DNA of 64,000 nucleotides from a virus (Duplodnaviria; Caudoviricetes): the IMG/VR virus record IMGVR_UViG_3300021255_001778, positions 1-64,000 of that record, one strand, 5' to 3'. Every line of letters starts with the position of its first letter. Positions within the stretch are counted from its first letter, which is position 1. The position numbers and the translations under genes were made by a program. Of this stretch, positions 60,605 through 64,000 are shown piece after piece. The notes under the pieces are model-generated. The model was not told the origin of the DNA. It saw nothing but the letters and a program-made list of their open reading frames with translations, and searched no databases.

Positions 60605-61750
60605 TTACAGAAAACCACTATATTCTTTTAGCCTAAATGCCGTTTCTGCAATCACTTTAGCCGCTTCTCCAACCTCTTCCTCTGTATTATACTTGGAAAA
60701 TGATATTCTGATCGAGTCTCTGGCCTGGTCATCCGTCAAACCAATTGCCCTCAGTACTCTACTTGGCTCCTGTTCGTTACTTCTACATGCAGAACCAGCT
60801 GAAACGCACACATCCATTGCGCTAAGCATCAACAGCATAGTTTCCGCATCAATACCGTCGAATCTTACGTTCAAAACCTTGCCAAAATTGCTACTCGATT
60901 CGGCATTGTCGTGGATTATGTCTGACATACCGTATTTTCCCATGTGGTACTTCAGATCTTTCCACATTTTCTTCTTTAACACAGAAATCTCGGCACCAAT
61001 TTGTGTCTCGATGCCTGTTATCACCTGACAAGCCTTGCCAAACCCGACAATTCCTGCCACATTCTCAGTTCCGCCACGAATCCCGTACTCATGATCCTTG
61101 CCACCGATCCTCCCCATCAGTTCTGGCCGGACATCATTTTTATCTCGTATATACAAAGCCCCTACGCCCTTCGGACCGTGTATTTTGTGAGAACTTATCG
61201 TTGCAAAGTCAAGACACAGCTCATTTACATCGATTTTTATGCACCCAGCTGCTTGTGTGCAGTCACTGTGAAACAAAATGTTCTTTTCCTTGCAAAATTC
61301 CCCGATTTTTTCGACCGGATTTACCGTTCCGATCTCATTATTGGCAAACATAACCGAAACCATCTCCGTCATATCGGTTACATTCTTTTCGAAGCTTTCC
61401 CAGATGATTTTGCCATTCTTGTCGACATCTATGTAGCCTGTAAGCGCGTTTAAACCTGCCATATTCATTATCGAGTCGTGTTCTATATTGGAAACGACGT
61501 TAAACGTATATGATGATAGCGCCATATTGTTAGATTCCGTACCGCCAGAAGTAAAAATTATCTGTTCTGGACTATCCGCTCTTAAAAATGTTGCCACACG
61601 CTCTCTTGCTAATGTAATTGCCTGCTTTGCGTCCTGTCCAAGCTTGTGTGGAGACCCAGGATTCCCATATCGCGTTGTTAGGTATGGCATCATTTCATCA
61701 AGAACTTCCGGCGCAATTTTGGTAGTCGACGCATTGTCAAGATATATCAT
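60605..61750 (-). CDS. iscS: Cysteine desulfurase (IscS/NifS family)
   Basis: IYLDNASTT, YGNP-x-S-x-H, FTSGGTESNN, H-x-D-x-x-Q, SSHK-x-x-GPKG, SAGSAC. Confidence 0.95.
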   Translation of the reverse strand: MIYLDNASTTKIAPEVLDEMMPYLTTRYGNPGSPHKLGQDAKQAITLARERVATFLRADSPEQIIFTSGGTESNNMALSSYTFNVVSNIEHDSIMNMAGLNALTGYIDVDKNGKIIWESFEKNVTDMTEMVSVMFANNEIGTVNPVEKIGEFCKEKNILFHSDCTQAAGCIKIDVNELCLDFATISSHKIHGPKGVGALYIRDKNDVRPELMGRIGGKDHEYGIRGGTENVAGIVGFGKACQVITGIETQIGAEISVLKKKMWKDLKYHMGKYGMSDIIHDNAESSSNFGKVLNVRFDGIDAETMLLMLSAMDVCVSAGSACRSNEQEPSRVLRAIGLTDDQARDSIRISFSKYNTEEEVGEAAKVIAETAFRLKEYSGFL

Positions 61751-61942
61751 TCACTCACCTTCTTCTGCCCATGCGATGACCGTATACTCTTTCGTTTGAG
61801 CATTTACAACCCATCCTTTTTCAGTGTACATACCATTTGTAAATACCTCACCGCAAATTCCATCGAAATCATTTGACCACAACTGAAGGAATACTTTCTT
61901 ATCAAATTCTGGCGTTCCGTCCTCTACGTTAATCCAAAGCAA
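61751..61942 (-). CDS. DUF551-like small protein
   Basis: WINVED-x-x-P...VIAW. Confidence 0.5.
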   Translation of the reverse strand: MLWINVEDGTPEFDKKVFLQLWSNDFDGICGEVFTNGMYTEKGWVVNAQTKEYTVIAWAEEGE

Positions 61943-61945
61943 TCG

Positions 61946-63051
61946 TTAAACCCCCATTCCATACAGCATGTCGATTTCCTCAGTTTTGTATTCTTCGTAA
62001 TTCTGGACGATAAATTCCGTTATCATATCCGATGTATAACCCCACTCTCCATCATCCTCATACATACGATATACTTCAACGCCATCGACTACATTTGCAT
62101 CAGTGATTGTCATAATTTCACCGGCGAAATCTACCATTTCTTCACGCACGAACCATGAATAATCGCCTCCGTAATGTAATTCTGGATCAATACGAACCCT
62201 GTCTCCTACTTTATACATAATTACACCTCGTATAACATATCTATGTCTTCTATTTCGTAATGTCCTTCTTTAGCTAATCCAATGAAACATTCTGTAGACC
62301 ATACCCAATTACCATCATCCTCTTCTATATGATACCTCTCGTCTTTCGTTAATCGTATGATCTGACTGATCGTAACCTCTCGTCCGGCGTACTCTAACAT
62401 TTGTGGAACTACGTAAAGCCCACCAATAGGAAGATATGAGTCACCAAGCAACTTATCGCTAACTATCACTCTATCCCCAACACCGTATGTATATTCCATG
62501 TTATTCACCCGTATAAAACACTAATTTCCTCGACATTATATTCACGCTCAATATCTTCAAACATATCTTCCCCCCAACTATATCTTTGTCCATCCTCTAC
62601 TATCAGATAATATCGATTTGCCGTAATATCAAAAATAGTCACCTCTTGCCCCATAAGACTCGCAAGTGTTTTAAGCATTTTTACGTCTGATATCTTTTTC
62701 GCAGCGATTTCTGCCTGTCGTTCACCTATAACAACTTTATCTCCAACATTATATTTCATTGATAACTACCTACTTATCTCATTAGAGATGTCACCCATAT
62801 AGCAACGAAATGTCCTCGGCCTCTATCTGATATTCCGGAACTTCTAATCTTTCTAACATCGTAGGATGCCAGAAAAATCTATATGGATCTTCGACTAACA
62901 ATACACAATCGGAATCAGTTTCAAGAACCGTCATTACCTCACAAATAAATTTATTCATCCCAGTTACATAAAAATCAATATCCGGTCCGACCTCATTCAA
63001 ATCTTGACGAACCATTACAATATCTCCTGGCTTAAAATCCATATTTATCAC
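61946..63051 (-). repeat. Four tandem paralogous KOW/SH3-like small proteins (61946-62218, 62221-62508, 62505-62759, 62791-63051)
   Basis: Shared (Y/F)-x-(V/P)-G-D-x-V start, ED...W, and C-terminal E-(D/E)-I-x-x-L-Y. Confidence 0.8.
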
Positions 63052-63063
63052 CCAAAAATTAAG

Positions 63064-63387
63064 TTAAAAGTATAGTGAAAAAGTTCCATCACATTCCATG
63101 CGAAAAGTAGCAGTAATGTATCGACCACTTTCTCCGAGAATTTCCTTGAAATTTTCATCTGTCATGTTACTTCTCTTGATTGCCTCGATCAGCCGCTCTT
63201 TTATTGATATTTCTAATTCCTCGCGTTCACATTTCTTCATGATTACCACATGCCTATTTCCCTGTATTATTTTTCTGGCCGGACGGAGCCTCTCACTCCT
63301 GCAGCACTCCTGCGTGGATGTCAGTATCTTTTTAACGTGGTACGATCCCACTTGTTCCACCGTACGGGAGCGGATTATTGTCTTCAC
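63064..63387 (-). CDS. Hypothetical protein (true start uncertain, possibly 63240)
   Basis: Track ORF. Confidence 0.45.
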   Translation of the reverse strand: MKTIIRSRTVEQVGSYHVKKILTSTQECCRSERLRPARKIIQGNRHVVIMKKCEREELEISIKERLIEAIKRSNMTDENFKEILGESGRYITATFRMECDGTFSLYF

Positions 63388-63541
63388 CGTGTTTATCTTT
63401 CACCACCGACCATAAGACTAAAATGATTTAGATTCCGTGCGGGTACCCCCGAACAAGCGTGCCCGCAAACCCGCATAAATACTGGGTTTTTTGAAAAAAA
63501 CCTTATAAGAAAAAAGAAAATTTGTACGACAAAACCAAGAA

Positions 63542-63760
63542 TTAGAAAGGAGAAACTTGGTTGAAATCTAAATCATATTCATCTTCATATTCGCGAAACT
63601 GTTGTTTTACTCTTTCTTCCATTTTTATGTACTGAATCCTGCGATTTTCAGCGCACCATTCACATCCTCCGTGGTTCCTGCACGTTCTATCGAACGCTTT
63701 ACTTCCGTGATATTCTTCTCTGTATTCTTTTCCGTGCTCAATTGCCTTGTCTAAACTCAT
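63542..63760 (-). CDS. Small basic hypothetical protein
   Basis: MSLDKAIEHGKE...CRNHGGCEWC. Confidence 0.7.
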   Translation of the reverse strand: MSLDKAIEHGKEYREEYHGSKAFDRTCRNHGGCEWCAENRRIQYIKMEERVKQQFREYEDEYDLDFNQVSPF

Positions 63761-63769
63761 TGCAAGCTC

Positions 63770-64000
63770 CTATGTGAATAACAGCTGTATGTCCTCTGTT
63801 TCGTATTCAATGTTCGACGAATGCCTAAAATCAAACATAAATATCGACCACGAAAAGCCTGTGTATTCGCCATCATCTGTTACTAAAAGATGTCGTGTGC
63901 TTTTAAGATCGTCATCTATACAAAATTCAATTCCGTACTCACAAATTGTATCAAGTACACATTTATCATACCCACCAATCCATTCTGTTATTGCGCCTTC
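63770..64000 (-). CDS. 3' part of a fifth member of the E-D-I-x-x-L-(Y/F) family (runs off the window)
   Basis: Own translation ends ...GFSWSIFMFDFRHSSNIEYETEDIQLLFT*. Confidence 0.7.
   Translation of the reverse strand, partial: EGAITEWIGGYDKCVLDTICEYGIEFCIDDDLKSTRHLLVTDDGEYTGFSWSIFMFDFRHSSNIEYETEDIQLLFT

Noticed and set aside
63440-63540. AT-rich tract with imperfect palindrome GGTTTTTTGAAAAAAACC as origin or genome end
   Set aside because: No iterons or other supporting features; may be just a promoter or terminator region
26-64000. Many overlapping opposite-strand ORFs in the six-frame track (e.g. 9957-10700, 10758-11462, 20599-21171, 44132-44665)
   Set aside because: They shadow well-supported genes on the other strand and lack RBSs and recognisable motifs
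1-64000. Stop-codon reassignment (TAG or TGA recoding)
   Set aside because: Long genes are intact under code 11, and TAG and TGA both end genes cleanly (e.g. 9884-9886, 63770-63772); the only major break is explained by the intron
1-64000. CRISPR array or cas operon suggested by the Cas4-like gene at 46160-46936
   Set aside because: No regularly spaced repeats; the gene sits with ERF and SSB as a recombination exonuclease, and the 18-bp motif copies are kilobases apart

Overview
64-kb segment of a large temperate tailed phage (siphovirus-like, SPbeta-style organisation). The host is probably an anaerobic Firmicute (Clostridia-like), judging by ChW and CW_7 cell-wall domains, class III RNR and sigmaA-type promoters. 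+ strand 1-27.2 kb: tail morphogenesis (a ~2722-aa tape measure gene split by a group IA2 intron with a Vsr/DUF559-like homing endonuclease in P8; Dit; tail tip; fibre/RBP genes), a XerD-like recombinase, holin and a CHAP+GH25 endolysin. An intact attP-like region and integrase lie at 27.2-28.7 kb. - strand 28.7-64 kb: nucleotide metabolism (dut, nrdDG, nrdH, thyX-like, kinase, phoH, clpP), replication (dnaE, primase, dnaB, Cas4-like exonuclease, SSB, ERF), arrays of small paralogous early genes, a pnuC-nadR-pncA NAD module, an RNA ligase and a cysteine desulfurase. Most notable: (1) a 56.3-60.5 kb control/RNA locus with a pseudoknotted 5' leader RNA, an orphan MazF, a catalytically dead tyrosine-recombinase-fold (MrpR-like) protein, a 146-nt tRNA-like RNA with tmRNA-like features, and an RNA ligase; (2) an 18-bp operator-like motif present 7 times at promoters and gene starts; (3) a receptor-binding-protein C-terminal module bounded by two direct-repeat recombinase-like sites next to the XerD-like gene, suggesting cassette exchange. 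All assignments come from motif reading by eye; no database searches or folding programs were run.
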